Shown piece after piece: positions 1-8,083 of a DNA stretch of 64,000 nt. The position numbers and the translations under genes are program-made. The DNA is from Gemmatimonadota bacterium (GTDB lineage Bacteria > Latescibacterota > UBA2968 > UBA8231), in NCBI GenBank assembly GCA_009841115.1, contig VXML01000020.1:11438-75437 (forward strand), written 5' to 3'. The notes under the pieces are model-generated. The model did no database searches, was not told the DNA's origin, and worked only from the letters and a program-made list of their open reading frames with translations. Positions within the stretch are counted from its first letter, which is position 1, and each line of letters starts with the position of its first letter.

Positions 1-459
1 CAGTGCGCGACGCCGCAGGCTATGGGCGAGTTGTTCAACCATCCGCACGAGTGGACGCCGCTCATCGAAGGGCGACTGATTGACTTTATGCGTATGCACG
101 TGAGCCAGATGGGTGGGATCACGCCAGCGCGCAATGTGGCGGCTTTTGGGCAGATGTACGGGGTGCGCACGGCTTGGCACGGCCCGGGTGACACCTCGCC
201 GGTGGGGCACGCGGCTAACCTGCATCTGGACTTGTGGGCACCCAACTTCGGGATACAGGAGTGGTGCCGGTTCGCAGAGCACGTGTACGAAATGTTTCCG
301 GGGCTGCCCGAGGTCCGCAACGGGTACATGTATCCGAGCGATGGGCCGGGGTTGGGGATTGACATCGACGAGGACTTGGCGGCTAAGTACCCTTGTGAAG
401 ACCAAGTCATAGGGTGGACGCAGACGCGCTTGCCCGACGGCAGCCCGGCGCGGCCCTAA
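1..459 (+). CDS. Enolase-superfamily sugar-acid dehydratase (mannonate dehydratase/RspA-like), 5'-truncated by window edge
   Basis: Frame open from position 1; motifs GELFN, RTAWHGPGD.SPVG, NFGIQE and PGLGID typical of the ManD/RspA subgroup. Confidence 0.85.
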   Translation, partial: QCATPQAMGELFNHPHEWTPLIEGRLIDFMRMHVSQMGGITPARNVAAFGQMYGVRTAWHGPGDTSPVGHAANLHLDLWAPNFGIQEWCRFAEHVYEMFPGLPEVRNGYMYPSDGPGLGIDIDEDLAAKYPCEDQVIGWTQTRLPDGSPARP

Positions 460-460
460 G

Positions 461-1639
461 ATGAAAATCCTAGTTTCCAATCTCGGCAGTACCTCGTTTA
501 AGTACAAGGTCTTTTCCATGCCCGAGGAAGTGGTTTTGGCACGGGGCGGCATGGATCGGATTGGGGGCCAAGGATCGGTGCACACCTTCCAGATCGGCGG
601 AGCCGACGAGGTTGAACAGGCTGTGGACCTGCCCGACCACGCCAGCGCGATTGACGAAGCCCTCGTGCGCTTGGCCGAGGGTGGGGTGTTGGCTTCTGTG
701 GAGGAGTTGGACGCCGTGGGGTTTAAGGCCGTCCACGCGCGCGCTATTTCTGGGGTGGTAGAACTCGACGAGGATGTCGTCGGGCGGATGGAGGACTTTT
801 ATCCGGTGGCTCCGGCGCACAATCCCGCTTATGTGGCGGCGATCCGGCAGTTTGCGCGGGTAGCCCCCACGGCGCGGCGGGTCGGGTGCTTTGAGACGGC
901 GTTCCACGGTGCGATGCCGCAGCGGCGCAAAATGTACGCGGTGCCCTATGCTTGGTATGAACAGTACGGCATCCAGCGCTACGGCTTCCACGGGGCCAGT
1001 CACCGCTATGCTGCCGAGAAGGTCGTGGAACTGGAAGGGCGTGCCGACATCAAACACGTCAACATGCACTTGGGCGGGTCCTCGTCGTTGTGCGCTGTAA
1101 AGGACGGAATCTCGCAGGGGGCGTCGCACGGACTTAGCCCGCAGGGCGGTCTGCCGCAAAACAATCGCATTGGCGACTTGGATCCGTATGCGCTGGACTT
1201 AGTGATGCGCAACGAGGGACGACCGTGGGACGAGGTGTTGGCGCAGTGCGCTAACGAGGGCGGCCTAGTGGGGCTTTGCGGGTACGGCGATATGCGCGAC
1301 ATTGAGGCGGGGGCGGAAAGCGGGGACGAGCGCTGTGCTTTGGCTATAGACGTGTTGGCGACGGCGGCGCGCGACTGGCTGGGGGCTTTTGTGGTGGAGA
1401 TGGGCGGGCTAGACGCGATTAGCTTTACCGGCGGCATTGGCGAGTACTCGGTTGCCGTGCGCAGGGAAATTCTGCGAGACTTGGAATTTCTGGGGGTGGT
1501 GATGGATGCGGCTAAAAATGAGAGCGTTCGGGGCGAGGGCAGCTTGCACGTCGCGTCGAGCCGAGTGCCCATTTACGTGCTGCGCACCGATGAGGAATTG
1601 GTGGTGGCGCGGCAGACTTGTGAGTTTTTGAGTCTATGA
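461..1639 (+). CDS. ackA: Acetate/propionate kinase family protein (divergent)
   Basis: MKILVSNLGSTSFKY, APAHNP, FETAFH, RYGFHGASH, FTGGIGE and TDEELVVAR match the acetokinase motifs. Confidence 0.85.
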   Translation: MKILVSNLGSTSFKYKVFSMPEEVVLARGGMDRIGGQGSVHTFQIGGADEVEQAVDLPDHASAIDEALVRLAEGGVLASVEELDAVGFKAVHARAISGVVELDEDVVGRMEDFYPVAPAHNPAYVAAIRQFARVAPTARRVGCFETAFHGAMPQRRKMYAVPYAWYEQYGIQRYGFHGASHRYAAEKVVELEGRADIKHVNMHLGGSSSLCAVKDGISQGASHGLSPQGGLPQNNRIGDLDPYALDLVMRNEGRPWDEVLAQCANEGGLVGLCGYGDMRDIEAGAESGDERCALAIDVLATAARDWLGAFVVEMGGLDAISFTGGIGEYSVAVRREILRDLEFLGVVMDAAKNESVRGEGSLHVASSRVPIYVLRTDEELVVARQTCEFLSL

Positions 1640-1820
1640 AAACATCGACGATATTCGGGGTCTATCCGTCTATTAATGATACATCGCAGACATTCTCGCC
1701 GGATGCTGATGACGCTACGCGTCCTCTTGACGGCAGCGCGGACAAAACAGATTATCTCGTGAAGCTGGATTCGCAACATGACCGCGCACGATACTAGCTC
1801 TGTCGGAAAGGACGGAAAAC

Positions 1821-2521
1821 ATGAGGATTGAGCCGGAAATCAGCGGCGTGAGTGTCGTCTTGCTCGGGGATTTCAACCCAGCGATCTTCACACCGGCTTG
1901 GTTCGCGCTACACGGCCTCCTGCCGGAGAGTGTTACAGATAGCGCTGATTTGCGGCTCGCTCACCAGCAGGTGACAGAATTTGCCGCCGACTGGCTTCTT
2001 CTGCACGTCACGGTTGATAGATTCTCCGTCGAAACATTGCAAGCCCCTCACATTCGCTTGCGAGACCTCGTCGCGCGGATATTCAAGGAGTACCTACACC
2101 ATACGCCCTTCAGGGCGTTCGGAATCAATCGCAGCGTTCATTTCCAAGTGAAAAGTTTGGCTGAACGGGATCGAATCGGCAGAACGCTGGCACCGGTAGA
2201 ACCGTGGGGGGCTTGGGGGCATGACCTCGATCTATATGGCAAGCATGGTGGGATGAAGTCGCTGACGATGTCGCAACTCGCTCCCGATGGAAGGCCAACG
2301 GGTAGCAAATCAACGTTACGGTGGAGCCATCTAATCGGATTAGAAATAAGCAAACTGGAGTTTACGTCAGGGTCAACGACCACTATGCCATCGACGATGC
2401 CGAGTTCGGAACCGCTGAGCGCTTGATCGATCTTTTCGATGACAACTTCGATGCGTCACTTGAGCGTAGCAATGGTATCATCGATCACATCATGTCCTTA
2501 GCAAAGACAAAGGAGGAATAG
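1821..2521 (+). pseudogene. TIGR04255-like hypothetical protein, frameshifted near 2307-2310
   Basis: N-terminal VVLLGDFNPAIFTPAWF and AFGIN motifs; adding one A to AAA in GGTAGCAAATCAACG joins ORF 1821..2426 to ORF 2321..2521 (...GSKINVTVEPSNRI...VNDHY). Confidence 0.6.
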
Positions 2522-2524
2522 TTC

Positions 2525-3142
2525 ATGTCGCAGGCGGTTCCATCCACAGCGGCACAACATTTGCAATATGCCAATGCACGTGAAAGGCTCAGCGATTTCG
2601 ATAAGGATGCCGTGCAGGAGCACCTCTTTCAGAATGCAATCCAAGCTGTCCCTTTGGTGTTAGAGCAGAGAAAGAGTTCTCCGACGACAAGTGTGTACGA
2701 CCAAGATATAGAAGGAACGACCCTGCTGACGTTCGCCAGTCGTGAACAGGACGACGATGTGCTCCCTCGGATTTTGAACTTGCCGCAGCCGAGCGCACAT
2801 CGGTCGCCGTCTGCGACCCTCCATGCTCTACAAGAGTGGGAAGGCTATGTCGTGGAAATCGGCGAAGACGAGTTTGTGGCGAGGCTGGTCGATTTGACCG
2901 CTGGCATGTCCTATGAAACCGACGAGGCGACCATCCCAATGGAGGAAATCTCGGAGCATGATGCCGAAAAGATGAGCGAGGGCGACATTTTTCGCTGGGT
3001 GATCGGGTACGAACGTTCGGCATCAGGAACGAAACGGCGCGTCTCGCAGATCGTGTTTCGCGATCTGCCTAGGATGACCGCTGCCGACTTTGAGGAAGGC
3101 CGGAAGTGGGCGGAGAGAGTCGCACGATCGCTCAATCCGTGA
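2525..3142 (+). CDS. Hypothetical protein with C-terminal LQEWEGYV..FVARLVDL..FRWVIGY domain
   Basis: 205-aa ORF with AAGGAGG RBS; tightly coupled to both neighbours. Confidence 0.7.
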   Translation: MSQAVPSTAAQHLQYANARERLSDFDKDAVQEHLFQNAIQAVPLVLEQRKSSPTTSVYDQDIEGTTLLTFASREQDDDVLPRILNLPQPSAHRSPSATLHALQEWEGYVVEIGEDEFVARLVDLTAGMSYETDEATIPMEEISEHDAEKMSEGDIFRWVIGYERSASGTKRRVSQIVFRDLPRMTAADFEEGRKWAERVARSLNP

Positions 3143-3591
3143 CGAGGGAGGAAGGGCCACCAGGGGACGACGACTTTGAGTTCACGGTCTTCGGTCCAGG
3201 TTATGGAGAAAGCATCGTCCTACATGTCGGCAACGGAGCTTGGGTGATCATTGACTCCTGCGTTGATGCCGATGGACGGCCGCATGCCCTGCGATACTTG
3301 GAGAGTATCGGCATTGACCCAGGTGGTCGCGTTCTGCCGACCCATAGCGATATAAATCGCATTCTCACGGCCACGCGGAACGCTTACGTTACCAGCGATG
3401 GTTCTCTCTCACCGCACACCCACTACAGCAACAGAGTGGTTGACCGAACTCTGCGGCAATCGAGAGCACAGCTTCGACGGCTGGCACCCCATGCCGGAGG
3501 GGTCCGTTTACGGCGTTCTCTGGGGCTAGGCCGGCAATGAACAGTCGAAACACTGAGGGACGCCTGCCGTCTCGCGGATTACGCGGCCTGA
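3139..3591 (+). pseudogene. MBL-fold (ComEC/Rec2-like) hydrolase remnant with internal deletion and probable nonsense codon
   Basis: GTG start overlaps the upstream TGA; N-terminal FGPGYGESIVLH..W.IIDSC is MBL-like but the HxHxDH metal motif is absent; frame continues past TGA 3538-3540 to 3591. Confidence 0.55.
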
Positions 3592-3690
3592 AGCGACGAT
3601 GCCCGACACCGTCTCATAGAACGCTGGTTACCGATCGCCGCGCTAAGCATTCCATAAAACAACAATAGATTACCTGTGGAGGACGAACCC

Positions 3691-4437
3691 ATGTTTGGAA
3701 CCATTCGCAATCCGTCCGGCGAAGTGCTGGACTACACTTTTCACGCTGGCACGGAGGGATCGCGGCACATCGCCGTTTTGGGGCACGGCGTGACTGGCAA
3801 TAAGGATCGCCCTTTTGTCGTAGCGCTCGCCGAGGGATTAGCTGCTGCTGGCATCCATGCGCTGCGCTTTTCCTTTGCCGGCAATGGCGCGTCCGAGGGC
3901 CGCTTTGCCGACGCGACGGTTTCCAAAGAAGTAGAAGACCTCGGCGCGGTGCTCAGCGCCTTGGACGGCTACTCGGTCTGCTATGTCGGCCACAGCATGG
4001 GCGGGGCGGTCGGCGTCTTGCGCGCCAGTCGCGACGAGCGCATTCACCTGCTCGTCTCCTTGGCGGGCATGGTGCATACGCACGCCTTTGCCGAGCGCGA
4101 GTTCGGCGAGGAGGTGCCCGACGAGGGCTGCATGTGGGACGAGCCGGACTGCCCACTCTCGCAAGCCTACATGGACGATATGGCTCAGATCGACACTGTG
4201 GTGAGACGCGGGACCGAGATTGTAGTGCCTTGGTTGCTAGTGCATGGCAACGAGGACGACGTGGTGCCGATTGACGACTCGCACGACATCCTCGCTCAAA
4301 CCAGAGACAATGCCGAACTTGTCGTCATCGACGGAGCCGACCACGTCTTTAGCGAACACGCGCAAGTCATGGTCGAAAAAGTCGTCGGCTGGCTACAAGG
4401 CTTCGACCTGAGCTCAGCCGAAGGGCAGTGGGTATAA
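3691..4437 (+). CDS. Alpha/beta-fold hydrolase
   Basis: GHSMGG nucleophile elbow, HG.EDDVV Asp, GADH His. Confidence 0.9.
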   Translation: MFGTIRNPSGEVLDYTFHAGTEGSRHIAVLGHGVTGNKDRPFVVALAEGLAAAGIHALRFSFAGNGASEGRFADATVSKEVEDLGAVLSALDGYSVCYVGHSMGGAVGVLRASRDERIHLLVSLAGMVHTHAFAEREFGEEVPDEGCMWDEPDCPLSQAYMDDMAQIDTVVRRGTEIVVPWLLVHGNEDDVVPIDDSHDILAQTRDNAELVVIDGADHVFSEHAQVMVEKVVGWLQGFDLSSAEGQWV

Positions 4438-4542
4438 GCATCCCCTCGGGTTGCAGCCTACCAGAGATCGCGCGTACCTCCTATCTTTAAAGGAGGAAAC
4501 CCGGCAATCCCGCCGGCCATGCGCGCTCTGCCCAGCTAAGCC

Positions 4543-7407
4543 ATGAAAAAGAGAACCCCGAGTCGCCTGAGCACTCGCCAGCAACGGACCTTGCTGGCCG
4601 TGGTGGTCTTGGGTGTCTTCATGGTCGCCGATACGCTCTATTTGCTGACCAATCGGCTGGCCGACGCCCTCGATTTCGACTACTTCGCCGTCACCGACAT
4701 TTCCCTGCCCAAGTTTTACCAAGTCATGGTGCTGTCGCATACGGGCGTCGGTTGGGTGCTGGTGGTGCTGGCGATGGGCTTTGTGGCTTGGCATTTACCG
4801 GCGGTGTGGCGCAAAAGCCGCAAGCGGGCCATCCTCACAGGCATCGCCACCCTGACGCTGGGCATTGTACTGGCCATCAGCGGACAGTTCATCCTCAGCG
4901 CGGCGAGCAACCGAGGCAATCCGGTGGCGTACTGGAGCCACGTGGCCGCGGCGGTTTTAGTCCCTCTCTTTTACTTGGCTCACCGTCGCCTCTCACTGTG
5001 GAAGCCCTCGGCGCGAAGCTATCGCATCGTGCCCATAGCGGTGGTTGGGCTGTTGGCGCTGGCCGTGGTGCTGCACGGGTTGAGCTATAGTGGCGAGCAG
5101 TACACTCAGGCGGCCGAGCAGGCATTTGCCGCTGGCAAGCACACCGGGCCGGGGTCCAAGGCGCGGGAGGTCGCTGACTTTGCTCCAGACGACTTTGTCC
5201 CTGCCAATTTCGTCCCGGCTGAAAGCCCCTTTTTCCCAGCGGCTACTACGACTACGACCGGCGACGTGCTGCCCTCGCGGATCATCACGCGCGGCGATCT
5301 CTCGCAGCCGGAAAAACTCGCCGGCGACCTCGACGAGTTCGGCTTCGTGGTCAACGAGCCGATTGGTTCGGAGACTTGCGCCCGCTGCCACGCGGCAATC
5401 GTCGAACAGTGGGCGACGTCAGCGCACCGCTTTGCCTCGTTCAACAATCCCTTCTACGAGGCGACGATCAACCACATGCGCGACAACTCGATCGAGAGCA
5501 ATGCGGAGGTTGACGCGCATATCGCCTATTACAAGGACTTGGCGGGCGAAGAGGCCAAAATCAAGTCCAAGTGGTGCTCTGGTTGCCACGATCCGGCGCT
5601 GATGCTGGCGGGCAAAATGACCGAAGAGATCGACCGCGCCTCGCCCCAGGCTCAAGCCGGCTTGACTTGTCTGGGCTGTCACGCCATCGACGCAATTCAC
5701 GACCAGACCGGCAACGGCAACTACAACATTGCCGACGAGCAGGAAGATCCCTATCTGTTCGCCAATGCCAAAGAAGGCGTGGGCCGCTTCGTGCACGACA
5801 CCGCGCTGAAGGCACGGCCCATCGTCCACAAGAAGCAAATGCTCAAGCCCTTCTTCCGCACCTCTGAGTTTTGCGCCACCTGCCACAAGGTCAGTCTCGA
5901 CTCGCGCGTCAATGGCTACCGCTGGCTGCGCGGCCAAAACGAGTTCGACAATTGGCACGATAGCGGCGTGGCGCTCAACGCCGCTAGGACCTTCTACTTG
6001 CCTGCTGTCAAGCGGGTCTGCCAGGATTGCCACATGCCGCTGGAGGAAGCGGTGGCTGGCGATGTATCGGCGCGGGATGGGTACGTCAAGTCGCATCGCT
6101 TTTTGGCGGTCAACACGGCCCTGCCCTTCATCCGCGGCGACGAGGAGACCATCGCACGGATCGAGGAATTTTTGCAAGACGAAAAACTCAGCGTCGATGT
6201 GTTCGCACTGCACCACCAAGAAGAAGCGCACTACGCGCTGGATAAGAGCCAGCCGGCGCTGGTGCCGGGCGGCGCGTACACATTCGACGTGGTGGTGCGC
6301 AACAAGGGCGTCGGGCACACTTTCCCGGGAGGGACCAACGATTCCAACGAGGGCTGGCTAGAGGTTTCGGTGGTGAGCGGCGACGATGAGGTGCTGGCTT
6401 TGAGCGGGGCAGTGCAAGACGACGGGCACGTCGATCCGGGGGCGCACTTTTACAAGGCGTTGATGGTCGATGCAAAAGGACAAGCCATCCACCGGCGCAA
6501 CGCCCAAGACATCGTCACCGCCGTGTACGTGCGCACTATTGGTCCGGGTACGGCGGATGTGGCGCACTATAGCTTCGAGGTGCCCGAGGACTACGCGGGG
6601 CGCAAGCTGACGCTGCGGGCGCGGCTGCTGTGGCGCAAGTTCGACCGCGCCTATACGGAATTTGCCTTTAACAACAACCGCCAGGGCTTCCGCCGCTTCG
6701 ACCAAGTGCCGGATTTGCCGGTAACTGAGATTGCTCGCGGCGAGGTGGAGTTGGTGGTGGGAGAGTCGTCCGTGACGGGTGCGCCGGATGCGGGCGACTG
6801 GATGCGCTTCAATGACTATGGCATCGGTCTGCTGCTCCAAGACGATACCCAGGGTGCCGCACGAGCCTTTGCGACGGTGGAACAGCTAGCGCCGGAGCGC
6901 TTGGACGGTTGCCGCAACTTGGCTAAGGTTGCAGTGCGCGACGGCCACTTGGAGCGGGCCTACGAGCATTTGGAGGACTGCGAGGCGTTAGTTAGCGGCG
7001 ACGGGCAGACGGCTTGGGTCTGGGGCGTGGTGTTGCAGGAGGATGGCCGCTACGAGGCTGCGGCGCAGGCGTATCGCCGGGTGTTGCGCGACTTTCCCGA
7101 GGATCGGGCGACGTGGCGCAACTTGGGTCGGGTGCTGTATCTAGATGGCCGCTTTGAGGAGGCTTTGGAGGCTCTCGATGGTGTATTGGCCATTGACCCG
7201 GAAGACCGCGTCGCCCACTACCACCGGATGCTTTCGCTGCGCGCCCTTGGCCGCGAGGATGAGGCCCTCGTCGCCGAGCAGGCTTACCAGTATTACCAGA
7301 TCGACGAGTCGGCGCAAGAGTTGACGCGCCGCTACCGGCTAGAGCATCCGCACGACAACCGCGAGGCGCTCAAGATCCACGTTCATCCGCTGGGGGAGGG
7401 TGGTTGA
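4543..7407 (+). CDS. Membrane-anchored multiheme cytochrome c (5 CxxCH) with C-terminal TPR repeats
   Basis: About 5 N-terminal hydrophobic helices; CARCH, CSGCH, CLGCH, CATCH, CQDCH; VGHTFP motif; TPR-like C-terminus. Confidence 0.85.
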   Translation: MKKRTPSRLSTRQQRTLLAVVVLGVFMVADTLYLLTNRLADALDFDYFAVTDISLPKFYQVMVLSHTGVGWVLVVLAMGFVAWHLPAVWRKSRKRAILTGIATLTLGIVLAISGQFILSAASNRGNPVAYWSHVAAAVLVPLFYLAHRRLSLWKPSARSYRIVPIAVVGLLALAVVLHGLSYSGEQYTQAAEQAFAAGKHTGPGSKAREVADFAPDDFVPANFVPAESPFFPAATTTTTGDVLPSRIITRGDLSQPEKLAGDLDEFGFVVNEPIGSETCARCHAAIVEQWATSAHRFASFNNPFYEATINHMRDNSIESNAEVDAHIAYYKDLAGEEAKIKSKWCSGCHDPALMLAGKMTEEIDRASPQAQAGLTCLGCHAIDAIHDQTGNGNYNIADEQEDPYLFANAKEGVGRFVHDTALKARPIVHKKQMLKPFFRTSEFCATCHKVSLDSRVNGYRWLRGQNEFDNWHDSGVALNAARTFYLPAVKRVCQDCHMPLEEAVAGDVSARDGYVKSHRFLAVNTALPFIRGDEETIARIEEFLQDEKLSVDVFALHHQEEAHYALDKSQPALVPGGAYTFDVVVRNKGVGHTFPGGTNDSNEGWLEVSVVSGDDEVLALSGAVQDDGHVDPGAHFYKALMVDAKGQAIHRRNAQDIVTAVYVRTIGPGTADVAHYSFEVPEDYAGRKLTLRARLLWRKFDRAYTEFAFNNNRQGFRRFDQVPDLPVTEIARGEVELVVGESSVTGAPDAGDWMRFNDYGIGLLLQDDTQGAARAFATVEQLAPERLDGCRNLAKVAVRDGHLERAYEHLEDCEALVSGDGQTAWVWGVVLQEDGRYEAAAQAYRRVLRDFPEDRATWRNLGRVLYLDGRFEEALEALDGVLAIDPEDRVAHYHRMLSLRALGREDEALVAEQAYQYYQIDESAQELTRRYRLEHPHDNREALKIHVHPLGEGG

Positions 7408-7637
7408 GGGCGCACGTGGAGAATTTCCTCCATGCCTAGCGCCCGCACTTGGTCGGCCTCTAGGGTGAGGACAGCGCGGTTGGGAAACTCCACCTCGTAC
7501 GCGGCTCCTTCGCCGTGAATGAAGACCACGACCCCGACATCGCCGGCGATCAGCTCGGCTTCGGGTTGATCGGCTGTTAGGACAGCCCGTCGGTGTTCAG
7601 CTAGGGGTTCATCTAGGGGTTCGGCTAGGGTAGTCAT
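7383..7637 (-). CDS. DUF4926-like small protein (putative antitoxin/immunity)
   Basis: L.AGDVGVVV.IH....AYEVEF signature. Confidence 0.75.
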   Translation of the reverse strand: MTTLAEPLDEPLAEHRRAVLTADQPEAELIAGDVGVVVFIHGEGAAYEVEFPNRAVLTLEADQVRALGMEEILHVRPQPPSPSG

Positions 7638-7640
7638 GGA

Positions 7641-7952
7641 CTAACTCCTTTGTGGAACGGCCGTTACAAAACGCAACGTGGTTTCGCCTTGGCGGACGAA
7701 CCACACGGTGCACAGATGAAATAGGCCGTATGATGGTGTGTCAATATATCCAAGGATAATGTATTTGGTGCCGTGCTCAGTTGCAATGCGTTCGGTAAGC
7801 GGTTGCGTCCTGACGATGACTAACAGACCTCTGCGTAAGCCCTCGACATTGTGGTCGTCATAGCCTAATAGAACGAATAGACCGTTCTTGCTTTCGTCGT
7901 GCAGTAGGTAAGTCAATTTTTCGTCGGCGATGTAGGCTTCGCTGCGATTCAT
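7641..7952 (-). CDS. DUF6883-like protein (putative toxin partner of DUF4926)
   Basis: KLTYLL..K..LF..LGY, GTKY, TVW and RFVTA motifs; directly upstream of the DUF4926-like gene. Confidence 0.65.
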   Translation of the reverse strand: MNRSEAYIADEKLTYLLHDESKNGLFVLLGYDDHNVEGLRRGLLVIVRTQPLTERIATEHGTKYIILGYIDTPSYGLFHLCTVWFVRQGETTLRFVTAVPQRS

Positions 7953-8083
7953 GTCGAGCTAATCCGATTGCATTCTTTTTGCGTGTCGGTTACTCTAGCA
8001 AACACTTGTGTATCAACCTTTCACACTGCTAAGGCTTAATGGGAAGAGATATGACGAGGAAGTACGTAATAGGCGCAAATTTT

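Noticed and set aside
3538-3540. Second possible selenocysteine UGA in the MBL remnant
   Set aside because: No SECIS-like hairpin visible downstream and the gene is otherwise degraded; a nonsense mutation is more likely.
4474-4530. Possible riboswitch or structured leader before the cytochrome gene (CCTCCT...AGGAGG hairpin)
   Set aside because: Hairpin is present but I recognise no known riboswitch consensus; needs an Rfam search.
5419-6318. Long antisense/alternate-frame ORFs (e.g. 5419..6318, 26437..27396, 27556..28509, 31587..32504, 43101..43970)
   Set aside because: They overlap well-supported genes and have no motifs; expected shadow ORFs in high-GC DNA.
7601-7630. 12-bp tandem repeat CTAGGGGTTC(AT/GG)
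   Set aside because: Only about 2.5 units inside a coding 5' end (LAEP-LDEP-LAE); no spacers, not CRISPR.
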